From the IMG/VR virus record IMGVR_UViG_3300034012_000625, positions 1,259 to 65,258 of that record: 64,000 nucleotides of DNA, one strand, 5' to 3'. The DNA comes from a virus. Lineage: Duplodnaviria; Caudoviricetes. Positions 9,597 to 18,018 of this stretch are shown in pieces (position 1 is the stretch's first letter; each line of letters opens with the position of its first letter). Below the pieces are notes generated by a model, which made no database searches, was not told where the DNA came from, and saw nothing but the letters and a program-made list of their open reading frames with translations. Made by a program: the position numbers and the translations under genes.

Positions 9597-10277
9597 ATGA
9601 AAATTCATTTCATCCAAAAATCTGCAAACCGGAAAACCGGCGCAATACCAGTAACCTACAGCGAGCGCGGCACCTGCCCGCCATCATGCCCGCACTACGA
9701 GTCGGACTGCTACGGCGAGGATTTTTATACTCGCCTGGCCTGGGACAAAGTACCGACCAGGGGTGCATCATTGGCCGACACTTGCGACCGCATAGCCGCC
9801 CTGCCAGATGGGGAACTATGGCGCTTCAATATCGCCGGTGACCTACCAGGAAAGGGTGAAACCGTAGACCCTGCCGCCCTGGGTGAAATAGTCCGAGCCA
9901 ATATCGGGAAACGAGGATTCACTTTCACGCATAAAAAATCCGACGATGCAATCAGCTGGATTCGACACGCAAACGCCTGGGGCTTTACTGTCAACCTATC
10001 GGCCGACGATGCCGGTGAAGCGGACAAGCTTGCCGCGACCGGCCTGCCGGTGGTCTGTATCGTGCCGATGGACACGCCCGAGCGCACCACCACGCCGGAA
10101 GGCCGAGCCATCGTTGTATGCCCCGCGCAGACCCGCGATGATAAGACTTGCAAGACTTGCGGATTGTGCGCGGCCGGCAACCGCAAAGTAATTGTCGGAT
10201 TCCGAGCGCATGGTACACGCGCCAAGCAAACCGACCAACGCGCCCGCCGAGTTATCCCGATTCAAGCCGCCAACTAA
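9597..10277 (+). CDS. Cys-rich, possibly radical-SAM/Fe-S-related phage protein
   Basis: NxKTG, CPPSC...CY, 'RFNIAGD', C-terminal CPAQ...CxxCGLC...FRAHG. Confidence 0.55.
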   Translation: MKIHFIQKSANRKTGAIPVTYSERGTCPPSCPHYESDCYGEDFYTRLAWDKVPTRGASLADTCDRIAALPDGELWRFNIAGDLPGKGETVDPAALGEIVRANIGKRGFTFTHKKSDDAISWIRHANAWGFTVNLSADDAGEADKLAATGLPVVCIVPMDTPERTTTPEGRAIVVCPAQTRDDKTCKTCGLCAAGNRKVIVGFRAHGTRAKQTDQRARRVIPIQAAN

Positions 10278-10292
10278 CAGGAGATCAGACCC

Positions 10293-10490
10293 ATGAAAAT
10301 TACTATTCGCGCCGACAAAAATTATGGGGTTGAAGTTTTCTACCCTGCCGACCCTGCCGCCGAGATATTTGCCCGCATAGCAGGAACCAAAAGCCTAACC
10401 CGCAACACGTTGCGAGATATAGCCGCCCTGGGATACCAGATCGAGATCGAGCAAACAACCCCGCGCACATTCAGCGCACTAGCCGCCTAA
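10293..10490 (+). CDS. Small early protein
   Basis: 'NYGVEVFYPA...FARIAGTKSLT...LGYQI'; bounded by junction repeats. Confidence 0.7.
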   Translation: MKITIRADKNYGVEVFYPADPAAEIFARIAGTKSLTRNTLRDIAALGYQIEIEQTTPRTFSALAA

Positions 10491-10504
10491 CAGGAGATCA
10501 GACG

Positions 10505-10678
10505 ATGAACTTATACAAATTTCAATGCACCATTTGGGTACGAGGAACCAGCCCCGCAGACGCAGAGAAACACCTGCACGATGAGGTTGACTATCACTTC
10601 GGCCAAGACAATAACCTGATCGCGCTGGAATCCGGCGAGCCGGAACTAGTCGATCAGACGCTAACCGAGCGCACCTAA
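10505..10678 (+). CDS. Small early protein (57 aa)
   Basis: MNLYKFQCTIWVRGTSPADAEKHL...TERT*; bounded exactly by two junction repeats; not in the ORF track. Confidence 0.7.
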   Translation: MNLYKFQCTIWVRGTSPADAEKHLHDEVDYHFGQDNNLIALESGEPELVDQTLTERT

Positions 10679-10692
10679 CAGGAGATCAGACG

Positions 10693-10890
10693 ATGAGAAC
10701 ACTCGCCCAAATCGAAGCGCTTGCCGCTGGCATGGCAGAGTCGCACTTCTACGCAGACCCCGACGACAAAATCGCGTGGGAACCGTTCGAACACTACCCC
10801 GAGGGATGGGTAGAGGAGCAGACGGATAACATGGCCGAAATGCTGGTGCGCTGTATGTTGTGGGCGCAGCAGGATACACTCGCACCATGA
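10693..10890 (+). CDS. Small acidic early protein
   Basis: 65 aa following junction repeat 3. Confidence 0.65.
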   Translation: MRTLAQIEALAAGMAESHFYADPDDKIAWEPFEHYPEGWVEEQTDNMAEMLVRCMLWAQQDTLAP

Positions 10891-11087
10891 CAAATCAAAT
10901 GATGTTCACCCTGTACCTGATCGAGTCCGACGATGGCTCGGTCAGGGTTGTGACCGACTACACCGGACAGGGTGATCGCTGCCTTGCGTTGGGGGTGGAG
11001 ATCATGCAGTCACTTGCCATGATCCAACCCCATACCGGCGGCGCACTATCGTTCGTAATGCCTAGCACTACCGATGTTGAGCATTGA
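10887..11087 (+). CDS. Small early protein
   Basis: MTNQMMFTLYL...; ATGA overlap with the previous gene. Confidence 0.55.
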   Translation: MTNQMMFTLYLIESDDGSVRVVTDYTGQGDRCLALGVEIMQSLAMIQPHTGGALSFVMPSTTDVEH

Positions 11088-11900
11088 CTGGGTCAGGCTT
11101 TGCGTCAACCCGAACAGGCCAACACGCCGATGGTAGTCGTTGGCATCCTCGCCCGCAAGATCAGACATCCAAGTAGGCCAGCCGATACTTGCAGCGGCTT
11201 GCTGCCCTGTACCGCTTTCGTCGTTGTCCACAATGACCAACCCCTGCGGCAGCGACTCAGCAACGCGCATCATGTTGCCAGCAGAAAAGCAAATGTGCAG
11301 GGTATACCGCTGCTTCATCTGACGCATGGCCGCGCGAACGGATAACCCTGTGGCATATCCTTCACACACAATGTTGATGCCCTTGTTGTCGAACGTAAAG
11401 GTGGCTCCCGCTGTACGCTGGCCGTACAAGAACCGCTTGGTTCCATCAGGCCATATCTGTTGCAGTCCGACGAGTGACTTGCCAGCGCGCATCGGGATCA
11501 GAAGGACAGGCTTATTCTCAATGTCCAGCACGATGCCCTGCTCGTCGGGGAAACCCTTACTTTCAAGGTAAGGGTGAGTCCGGTTGCCGCTAGCGTTCAG
11601 CATACCGACAGCCTTGCCTACCGCTGCACTCGCAAGCTTCGCACGTTCGCGCTCGGCCTTCGCTTGGTCGACAATGATCGCCCGCATATCCAAGTTCAGA
11701 CGGTTGATTTGGTCAGGCTTCCACAAACTGACAACGGTGTTGGTCGCATGGTTCTGCACGAATCCATGATCGCCCATGAACTTGACTGCGCCATTGCGCT
11801 TGCGCGGGTGATCCTCTGTCGGATACCGCTGCCACATACCTATGGGCGGCAGCTCGTCAATGATGATGCCATGTGATCTGGCGAATTGAATGAAGTCCAT
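11046..11900 (-). CDS. TOPRIM-domain primase
   Basis: 'HPYLESKG', 'LLIPM', 'GLQQI..DGTKRF', 'VCEGYATGLS', 'VDND', 'DAND'. Confidence 0.85.
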   Translation of the reverse strand: MDFIQFARSHGIIIDELPPIGMWQRYPTEDHPRKRNGAVKFMGDHGFVQNHATNTVVSLWKPDQINRLNLDMRAIIVDQAKAERERAKLASAAVGKAVGMLNASGNRTHPYLESKGFPDEQGIVLDIENKPVLLIPMRAGKSLVGLQQIWPDGTKRFLYGQRTAGATFTFDNKGINIVCEGYATGLSVRAAMRQMKQRYTLHICFSAGNMMRVAESLPQGLVIVDNDESGTGQQAAASIGWPTWMSDLAGEDANDYHRRVGLFGLTQSLTQSMLNIGSARHYER

Positions 11901-11902
11901 GA

Positions 11903-13384
11903 TTATCTCCCCACGCTTTTCAAGAACTGCTTCAGTTTCTTATCAATGTACCGCTTGGTATCTGCCTCCAACATCTGCGGCGAATCATCGTTCAGACCGC
12001 GAGGCCAGACGCCAAACTTTTCCCTGTATGTGTGACTAGCCCTGCCCTTACTCCAACCCTGATAACGCATGAGCCAGACCATCTGATTCCAGAATGCCTG
12101 CTTGCTCTCGCGCGGCACGTTGCCAGACAACTCAATCATCTGGCCGTCGACTTCTGTCACCAGGTTCCGACGTTCACGCACATGGCCGCAGTTGAAACAG
12201 GTATCGCCACCGCCCCACAGAATCTGGCAGACAGGACACTTACTCTCCTTCTTCTGGCGCTCAGTCAGTTCCTTCTTGGCCTTCTCTTTACCATCTTGCA
12301 GTTCGTGAACACCATCCTCAAACAGTTGATCCCAATCCTCACGGAAACGCAGGTAGTTGCCGGAGTGATCCAGCCATATGGCAAAAGGCTTGGCCGCAGG
12401 ATCGAGCTGGTTTGCGCGCATCACCCTGCCCATCTGCTGCACATGAGAACTAAACGACTTGGAGAATGGCCGAGCAGACACGCCGATCATAACGTGTTCG
12501 TTGTCGAATCCTTTGGTCAAGATATCGCAGGCAATCAGACCGATGATCTTCGAGTCAGGCTTGGCAAAGTCCTCAATGACTTGCCGCTTCCATTCTTCGT
12601 CATCCTTGTAGCTCAGACTGACAAAGTTGTAGCCGAGTGCTTGGAACTTGGCGGCCAAGTCTGCGCCGTGTGCAACACCAGAAGCAAAGACAATCGTCTT
12701 GCGTGGCTCACCAAATATCTCGCGTGTTTTCTTTGCCCACTCCTGCACAACATCGCCTGTAATCTTCAGGCCACGCTCTGTCGCATCAGCCTGTGACCAT
12801 TCACCAGCAACCTTCTTCGCGCCGGTCATGTCCACTTCCTTTGCAATGAACACACGCAAGGGTACGAGCGATCCCTTCTCCACCAGCTGCCGAGTGGTGA
12901 TAGGACTAACGACGTTCGAGTATGTGCTTGCCAAGCCCTTCGTGAATGGGCTGGCCGACAACCCGACAACCTTCACGTTCGGATTGTTCTTGATGAACTC
13001 GATGGTTTGCTTGCGCTGCGCGTGGCATTCATCTACCACCAGCAAGTCAAGGCCAGGAAAGCTGCCACGTTTCTCTAGCGTTTGTGCCGAGCAAACTTGG
13101 ATAGGCTCATACGGTTTGTACCGCCAATGCCCTGCTTGCAGTACGCCGTGATCGACTTTGTACTTGTCGAGCCGCTTGCTGGTCTGATCGCACAGCACGA
13201 TACGATCCAAGATCATAGCGGCCTTGCTACCTTTCTTACGAGCTGCTTCCAACATGGCGATAGCAATCTCCGTCTTGCCACCGCCTGTCCCCAAGTACAA
13301 CAACTGCGTTCTGTGTCCCCTTGCAAATCCTTCTCTGAGTTTCTCTATTGCTTGTTCTTGATAGTCCCTGAGTTGTAGCGACAT
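11903..13384 (-). CDS. Superfamily 2 DExH helicase with Zn finger (RadD/YejH-like)
   Basis: LRDYQ, TGGGKT, DECH, QQMGRVMR, CPVC...CFNC. Start at MSLQLRDYQ. Confidence 0.9.
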   Translation of the reverse strand: MSLQLRDYQEQAIEKLREGFARGHRTQLLYLGTGGGKTEIAIAMLEAARKKGSKAAMILDRIVLCDQTSKRLDKYKVDHGVLQAGHWRYKPYEPIQVCSAQTLEKRGSFPGLDLLVVDECHAQRKQTIEFIKNNPNVKVVGLSASPFTKGLASTYSNVVSPITTRQLVEKGSLVPLRVFIAKEVDMTGAKKVAGEWSQADATERGLKITGDVVQEWAKKTREIFGEPRKTIVFASGVAHGADLAAKFQALGYNFVSLSYKDDEEWKRQVIEDFAKPDSKIIGLIACDILTKGFDNEHVMIGVSARPFSKSFSSHVQQMGRVMRANQLDPAAKPFAIWLDHSGNYLRFREDWDQLFEDGVHELQDGKEKAKKELTERQKKESKCPVCQILWGGGDTCFNCGHVRERRNLVTEVDGQMIELSGNVPRESKQAFWNQMVWLMRYQGWSKGRASHTYREKFGVWPRGLNDDSPQMLEADTKRYIDKKLKQFLKSVGR

Positions 13385-13401
13385 GATTCCTCCTGCCAGC
13401 A

Positions 13402-14571
13402 CTAGCCCGCTGGTGTGGGCATCTGTAATTTTATACGTTCACCGATCCATTTCATCACAGGTACAGCCATTGAATTTCCTAATGCTTTGTACCGTGGACC
13501 ATCGGGAGAATCTATCGCCTTGCGCCAAGGGATGTTTGTGTATCCGTCTGGGAATCCTTGCAGCCGCTCGCACTCAATCGGCGTTAAGCGACGTACGGCC
13601 ATGTTGGATTGCATGACACTACCTTCAAAGCCCCCGCCAGCGGTACGCGCTTTTAGTGTGCCAAAGGCATCAACCATTGCGTTTTGCTCTTCATCTAAAC
13701 CAATCGGCTGCGCTACGCCATGCACATCTAGTCGATTCAACGTAAACGACACTTCTTCATTCCAACCGCTGCCTTGACTATTCTGCGACGCATGCCCAGC
13801 ACCTTGCAGAGCATATGCTGGTTGCGCCACAGCTAATACGGCGCCTTCCTCAACATCACGCGCACCCAATGCATTAAACATTCGTGCGGTGATTGTGCCA
13901 ATGAGATGACCATTAGCAACTGATTGATGTGTTAACTTTCCCCCTCCACATTCTGTGTCGAGACTGCCAGCAACGCTTGGTACAAAGTCGGCGGCAAACT
14001 TTTGCCCCGCTTTTCGGCTCGGCGCAGGATTCCCGCGCAAGCTTTCTGGCTCAAATAAAACCGCTGCGGCACGTCGCCAGTCTCCAAGGTATCCGACAAC
14101 GAACACACGGCGGCGGCGCTGTGCCACTCCGAAGTACTGAGCGTCAAGCACTCGGTAGGCGAACCCATACCCGAGTTCTGCCAACGCCCCGAGGAAGGAA
14201 CCAAAGTCCCGTCCACCGTTTGAACTGAGGACACCCGGCACGTTTTCCCATACGCACCACTCGGGTCTAAACCTATCAAGAACTCCGACATAGGTAAGTG
14301 CAAGGTTACCTCTTGGGTCTTCGAGTCCACGCCGGAGTCCGGCAACGGAAAAAGATTGGCAAGGGGTTCCGCCGACCAGAAGGTCAATTGGCTCAAGGTT
14401 CCACTCCTTATACTTGGTCATGTCCCCGTAGTTGCGGACATCAGGATAGTGATGTGCAAGCACGGCAGATGGGAAAGCTTCGATCTCGGAGAACCCGACA
14501 GGCTGCCAACCCAATGGGTGCCACGCTACCGTCGCTGCTTCAATGCCGGAACAGACAGACAGGTATTTCAT
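13402..14571 (-). CDS. DNA (cytosine-5) methyltransferase
   Basis: CSGIE, GGTPCQSFS, WENV, AQRRRRVF, RRLTPIECERLQGF, LGNS. Confidence 0.95.
   Translation of the reverse strand: MKYLSVCSGIEAATVAWHPLGWQPVGFSEIEAFPSAVLAHHYPDVRNYGDMTKYKEWNLEPIDLLVGGTPCQSFSVAGLRRGLEDPRGNLALTYVGVLDRFRPEWCVWENVPGVLSSNGGRDFGSFLGALAELGYGFAYRVLDAQYFGVAQRRRRVFVVGYLGDWRRAAAVLFEPESLRGNPAPSRKAGQKFAADFVPSVAGSLDTECGGGKLTHQSVANGHLIGTITARMFNALGARDVEEGAVLAVAQPAYALQGAGHASQNSQGSGWNEEVSFTLNRLDVHGVAQPIGLDEEQNAMVDAFGTLKARTAGGGFEGSVMQSNMAVRRLTPIECERLQGFPDGYTNIPWRKAIDSPDGPRYKALGNSMAVPVMKWIGERIKLQMPTPAG
13932..14396 (-). CDS. Overprinted ORF resembling the beta polypeptide of M.EcoHK31I-type C5-methyltransferases
   Basis: +1 frame inside the MTase gene; own RBS (TAAGGAGTGGAACC-TTG); 'SSGRWQNSGM...CSLSDTLE...FYLS..AC.GILRRAEKRGKSLP'. 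Confidence 0.7.
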   Translation of the reverse strand: MSQLTFWSAEPLANLFPLPDSGVDSKTQEVTLHLPMSEFLIGLDPSGAYGKTCRVSSVQTVDGTLVPSSGRWQNSGMGSPTECLTLSTSEWHSAAAVCSLSDTLETGDVPQRFYLSQKACAGILRRAEKRGKSLPPTLYQALLAVSTQNVEGES

Positions 14572-15386
14572 CCGTCTAACTTTTTAAGTTTTTTGAGTAG
14601 CGATGTGACTTGCTTTTTTAATTCACCATTCTCGCGCTGGTACATATCGCGACTGATGGTCATCTCTTTTAATTCTATCTCGGCCGCACGAAGTTGTGCG
14701 CGCAAATCCCTGATGATCGACTCTGCTTTTTCCTTCTGTATGTCATCAATGCTTGCCGCTTGAACAACAGTCAACTGATCTTGCAGGTCTTCGTTTTCTT
14801 TACGCAACATCTGGATCGACGCTTGCATATGCTCACGCTGGATTTCATCCTCGTTGAATTCTGCAACGCCATCAGACTTAAACTGGCCTGCTTCTTGCTT
14901 AGTGTAAATATTTACATTTTCATCGGGCTTCTTCGTCTTTGATTGTTTCGGTTGCTTCGATTCTTTCAACTCCTTGCGAATGTTGAACACCAGCATATGG
15001 CTCACGCCAATGTGGTTGCCGATGATCCGATCCGACTGCTCCTGCCACTCTGGATCAGACACGACACGGATCACCATCTTGCGCTTGTCTGCGCTGCTTG
15101 GCCGCAGTCCATGCCCCTTGTTGGCTCCCATGCCATACCACTCTGCGTCGCGCGCAGTACCGTCATAGACATCGGCCTCGATGGTCAGCTTCTTCAGCCG
15201 CTTGGTGGCGAAGTACCGATGAAAGCCATCGGCCAGCCAATAGTTCTGCCCTTCTGCGAACACGGTGATCGGCGGGAATGTATCGCCGTTCTCCATGTCC
15301 TGGGCAAACTGGGCGACGATCTCCTTCTTCATCTCCCGCGACTGTGTGTGGCCGTCTATTCTTATTTTGTTTACATCAATAATCAT
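14568..15386 (-). CDS. ParB/Srx-domain protein with HTH and coiled coil
   Basis: 'FPPITVF...LADGFHRY', 'N..HG', HTH 'SDRIIGNHIGVSHMLV'. Start at MIIDVNKI. Confidence 0.8.
   Translation of the reverse strand: MIIDVNKIRIDGHTQSREMKKEIVAQFAQDMENGDTFPPITVFAEGQNYWLADGFHRYFATKRLKKLTIEADVYDGTARDAEWYGMGANKGHGLRPSSADKRKMVIRVVSDPEWQEQSDRIIGNHIGVSHMLVFNIRKELKESKQPKQSKTKKPDENVNIYTKQEAGQFKSDGVAEFNEDEIQREHMQASIQMLRKENEDLQDQLTVVQAASIDDIQKEKAESIIRDLRAQLRAAEIELKEMTISRDMYQRENGELKKQVTSLLKKLKKLDG
14903..14916. promoter_or_regulatory. Perfect palindrome TGTAAATATTTACA, copy 2 (inside the ParB-like gene)
   Basis: Identical to 7636-7649 and 18684-18697. Confidence 0.65.
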
Positions 15387-15504
15387 TCGTCTAATCCCCA
15401 GAAGATTGCTAACACGGACAACAGGCCAATCATGATTAACATGCCCATGCCCACCAGAAGTCCCGAAAGAAACGGGATATGCAGCATCAAGTCGTACCAA
15501 GATT

Positions 15505-16623
15505 TCATATCAGCAGATACCTCCCAACTGGATTCGACAACGAATAGTTATCGTCATCGCTCCTGCTCCACTGCGCGGCGTTAGCCAGGTTTGCAGACGG
15601 GCAAGAGAAGTTGTGCTTGGCTTCCACCATGGCCAAGTAGTTTTGAAGGATCGGAATGCAAGACTGCTTGCGCTGCGGCAAATGGTGGTAACCGCCGGGC
15701 AACTGGTTGCTGCGATCCAAGACATCCGGGTCGCGGGCTGTAATCATCTGCCCGATCATCGGATCATCAGACAATATCACACGCCGCCGGCAGTGCCGTT
15801 TCATCCAAGTCAGCTCCTTCAAAATGATGTGCGCTGGTGGCAGGACAGTCTCGGTCTGAAGCTTATCCCCGCCCCGCAGGAACATCGTGCCAACGTCATC
15901 CTCGACAGAGCCTGTACCAGCGTAGCTGCCGATGGCGTAGTAGATCTCGTTGTACCAACCGCACTTGCGACGCGCCAGCTCCTGTGCCTGTGCCAGATCA
16001 GCGTCGAAGAACCGCTTACGCATGGAATCAAACCGCAGGATAGGCAGGCCACCGTTACAGAATTCAAATACGTCCTCGAAGATCTGCTCGAACGGCTCGT
16101 CGTACGCCCACCAGTTGCCGGACAGATCAACCTTCAGGCCGTAGCCATCTTGCTCTGCCGCCATCGAAGCCGCGACGATGTTCTCGACAACCGAGAAGAA
16201 GCCTGCGCTCGGTGGCTGGTAGCTGATGTAGCCGTGCATAGCACCAGCACCTGGAGCAACCACGTCATCGGCCTGCCCTTGCAGGGTGTACCAATCATCT
16301 TCCTCGATGTGCCAATGCCGATTGGTCTGCTCGTATCCCAAACAGCCGGCGATCTCCTGCGCGTACCAGAAGTGACGTGGTAGTTCGGCCGGGATCATCT
16401 CGCGGATCTCATCCCAACCCAACACCCCCCAGTGGTGCAGACGCGCCGCTATGGCTGCGACACGCAGGTTGCCGGGGTACTTGTAGGCCATCTCGAATAA
16501 AAGCGGCACAGCGGCTTCTGGTGCGGTTCTGAGGCCTTGCGACATCAGGCCGACTAACTTCACGGTGTCGGCGTGGAGATCCGGCGTTTCATCCGGCAGC
16601 CGGTAGCGGTTGAACTGGATCAT
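15505..16623 (-). CDS. GT-B fucosyltransferase-like protein (GT23; FUT8/NodZ-like) with an unknown N-terminal domain
   Basis: 'AGFFSVV', 'FLRGGDKLQTE' (cf. HxRRxDK..E), 'ILSDDP', 'NYLAMVEAKHNFSCPSANL' resemble the alpha-2/alpha-6 fucosyltransferase motifs I-III. Confidence 0.6.
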   Translation of the reverse strand: MIQFNRYRLPDETPDLHADTVKLVGLMSQGLRTAPEAAVPLLFEMAYKYPGNLRVAAIAARLHHWGVLGWDEIREMIPAELPRHFWYAQEIAGCLGYEQTNRHWHIEEDDWYTLQGQADDVVAPGAGAMHGYISYQPPSAGFFSVVENIVAASMAAEQDGYGLKVDLSGNWWAYDEPFEQIFEDVFEFCNGGLPILRFDSMRKRFFDADLAQAQELARRKCGWYNEIYYAIGSYAGTGSVEDDVGTMFLRGGDKLQTETVLPPAHIILKELTWMKRHCRRRVILSDDPMIGQMITARDPDVLDRSNQLPGGYHHLPQRKQSCIPILQNYLAMVEAKHNFSCPSANLANAAQWSRSDDDNYSLSNPVGRYLLI

Positions 16624-17039
16624 TTAATCCTCCTTTGTTTTGGTCTGCCTTTGGTGACACCCCACTGATTGTTGCGGTTTTGATGTTCAATATTTGATGC
16701 CAAAAAGAAAGTCCCACGGCGCTCGGCCATAACTTTCCTTTTTAAATTATTTTTCCAGTTTCTATCGCCGGTCTGCTGTGAGTCTAGATTTACCATCCAG
16801 TCCAGCGTCTTGATATCGTGGCTGCGATCGGTGTCCCACAGCCTGTCTGCCAGTGGTTTTAGACACAGGCCAACAAAAGATTGAACTCGCATCTTGTTGG
16901 TCGGTGGTTGGCGTTTCAGGGTTTTGTCTGGAACCTCAATCCCCAACCCTTTTAACCACCACCACAACTGCCCAACAGTGACATCGGCGCGGAACGCCTT
17001 GATCAACATGGCATCGTAGAGTCTTTGCTTATCCATCAA
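16620..17039 (-). CDS. Hypothetical basic protein
   Basis: 139 aa, coupled to both neighbours. Confidence 0.55.
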   Translation of the reverse strand: MMDKQRLYDAMLIKAFRADVTVGQLWWWLKGLGIEVPDKTLKRQPPTNKMRVQSFVGLCLKPLADRLWDTDRSHDIKTLDWMVNLDSQQTGDRNWKNNLKRKVMAERRGTFFLASNIEHQNRNNQWGVTKGRPKQRRIK

Positions 17040-17448
17040 GATCGCCCAGATCTAACTCGTTGATCTCAGGATGCCGGTAGATTTCAATGACCTGCTTCTC
17101 TCTGTTTATTGTCGACGTATAACTTCCCTTGCCCCACAGTTTGGATGCGTAGGCACCCGCGTTGGAGCGCACCACCTCGGAATCATGCGGCGGATACGGT
17201 ATCTCTACTACCTCGTTGGGCTGCACCGGGGCCAGGTACTTGAGTACATATTCCCGCATGAAGCCGTACTGAATATCGCCAGACTCGTAGTACCGTGGCT
17301 TCTTGTCCTTGGGCTTTTCCTTTACCACCTCAAGCTTACCCCACTCGTTCTCGCCGCAGATCACCTTGAACTGGATGTGACCCTTGCTCTCCAACTGCTT
17401 CAAGCCGATCAAGGCCGACTTCAGTATCTTTTGAAAGACTGCTTCCAT
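17029..17448 (-). CDS. Hypothetical protein
   Basis: 139 aa, strong GGAG RBS. Confidence 0.6.
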   Translation of the reverse strand: MEAVFQKILKSALIGLKQLESKGHIQFKVICGENEWGKLEVVKEKPKDKKPRYYESGDIQYGFMREYVLKYLAPVQPNEVVEIPYPPHDSEVVRSNAGAYASKLWGKGSYTSTINREKQVIEIYRHPEINELDLGDLDG

Positions 17449-17457
17449 ACTCCCCTC

Positions 17458-17652
17458 CTAGTTTGCAAGTATCCTGCGGGCGACCTCCTCGCTCGCATAC
17501 TCAATATCGCGGCAGCCATGGCAGATCATCGCCGCCCGCTCCCGCTCCCGTTCCTTCGCCAACACAATCAACGCCCGTAGCCTGTTGTACGTACCAATAT
17601 CCACGTCCAGCAATCCGCAGCGCTCCAACATCTCACGTACTTCAATGTTCAT
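17458..17652 (-). CDS. Small protein with an ERERxA motif
   Basis: MNIEVREML...KERERERAAMIC...ARRI; GAGG RBS. Confidence 0.55.
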   Translation of the reverse strand: MNIEVREMLERCGLLDVDIGTYNRLRALIVLAKERERERAAMICHGCRDIEYASEEVARRILAN

Positions 17653-17680
17653 AACCCCCTCCCTCAACGAATACAGCTCA

Positions 17681-17725
17681 AGGATAATGCAGCACATGGT
17701 TCCTGTCAACGCCCGTGTATTGCAT
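17681..17725 (-). promoter_or_regulatory. Sigma70 promoter with ATGCA-type operator half-sites
   Basis: Minus strand TTGACA (17709-17704), 17 bp, TATCCT; half-sites resemble those at 8531-8565. Confidence 0.6.
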
Positions 17726-17739
17726 GATCGCGTTTAGTT

Positions 17740-18016
17740 TCCCCATGGGTGATAGCCCCCCTCCTGCGCAGCACTGGTGGGGTTATCCTCCCTGCCCAAC
17801 TACTGATCTTGTCAGCAGCCTAGCAATCCCGAAGGCAGCGATTATCTCGATGGAAGGTATGTCTCACCACTGGACCTTCCCTCTTGTGCCATCCCTCACT
17901 GACAGGTGGCGCGGCTCGCAGGCGGGTGAAACCTCGGCCAGTGTATTCTCGACGGCAGCCCATGCAGGCTCACTACTATCGCGGTCGGTGCGCCCGGCTA
18001 CCTGCCGGGACAGGTA
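17740..18016 (-). ncRNA. Candidate structured non-coding RNA or origin element
   Basis: ~280 nt with no convincing ORF and at least 5 hairpins, including a C(UUCG)G loop on the minus strand. Confidence 0.35.
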
Positions 18017-18018
18017 AC

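Larger units (their letters stand above)
10274..10696 (+). repeat. Three direct repeats CTAACAGGAGATCAGAC at gene junctions
   Basis: Copies at 10274-10290, 10487-10503 and 10675-10691; copies 2 and 3 share 23 bp. Each holds the upstream stop codon and the downstream RBS. Confidence 0.9.

Noticed and set aside
10274-10696. Regularly spaced direct repeats as a CRISPR array
   Set aside because: The repeats are 17-23 bp, the spacers are ~170-195 bp and are complete ORFs, and there is no cas operon.
12032-16383. Long plus-strand ORFs (12032-12796, 14943-15584, 15613-16383)
   Set aside because: Antisense shadows of well-supported minus-strand genes; they show no motifs or RBS.
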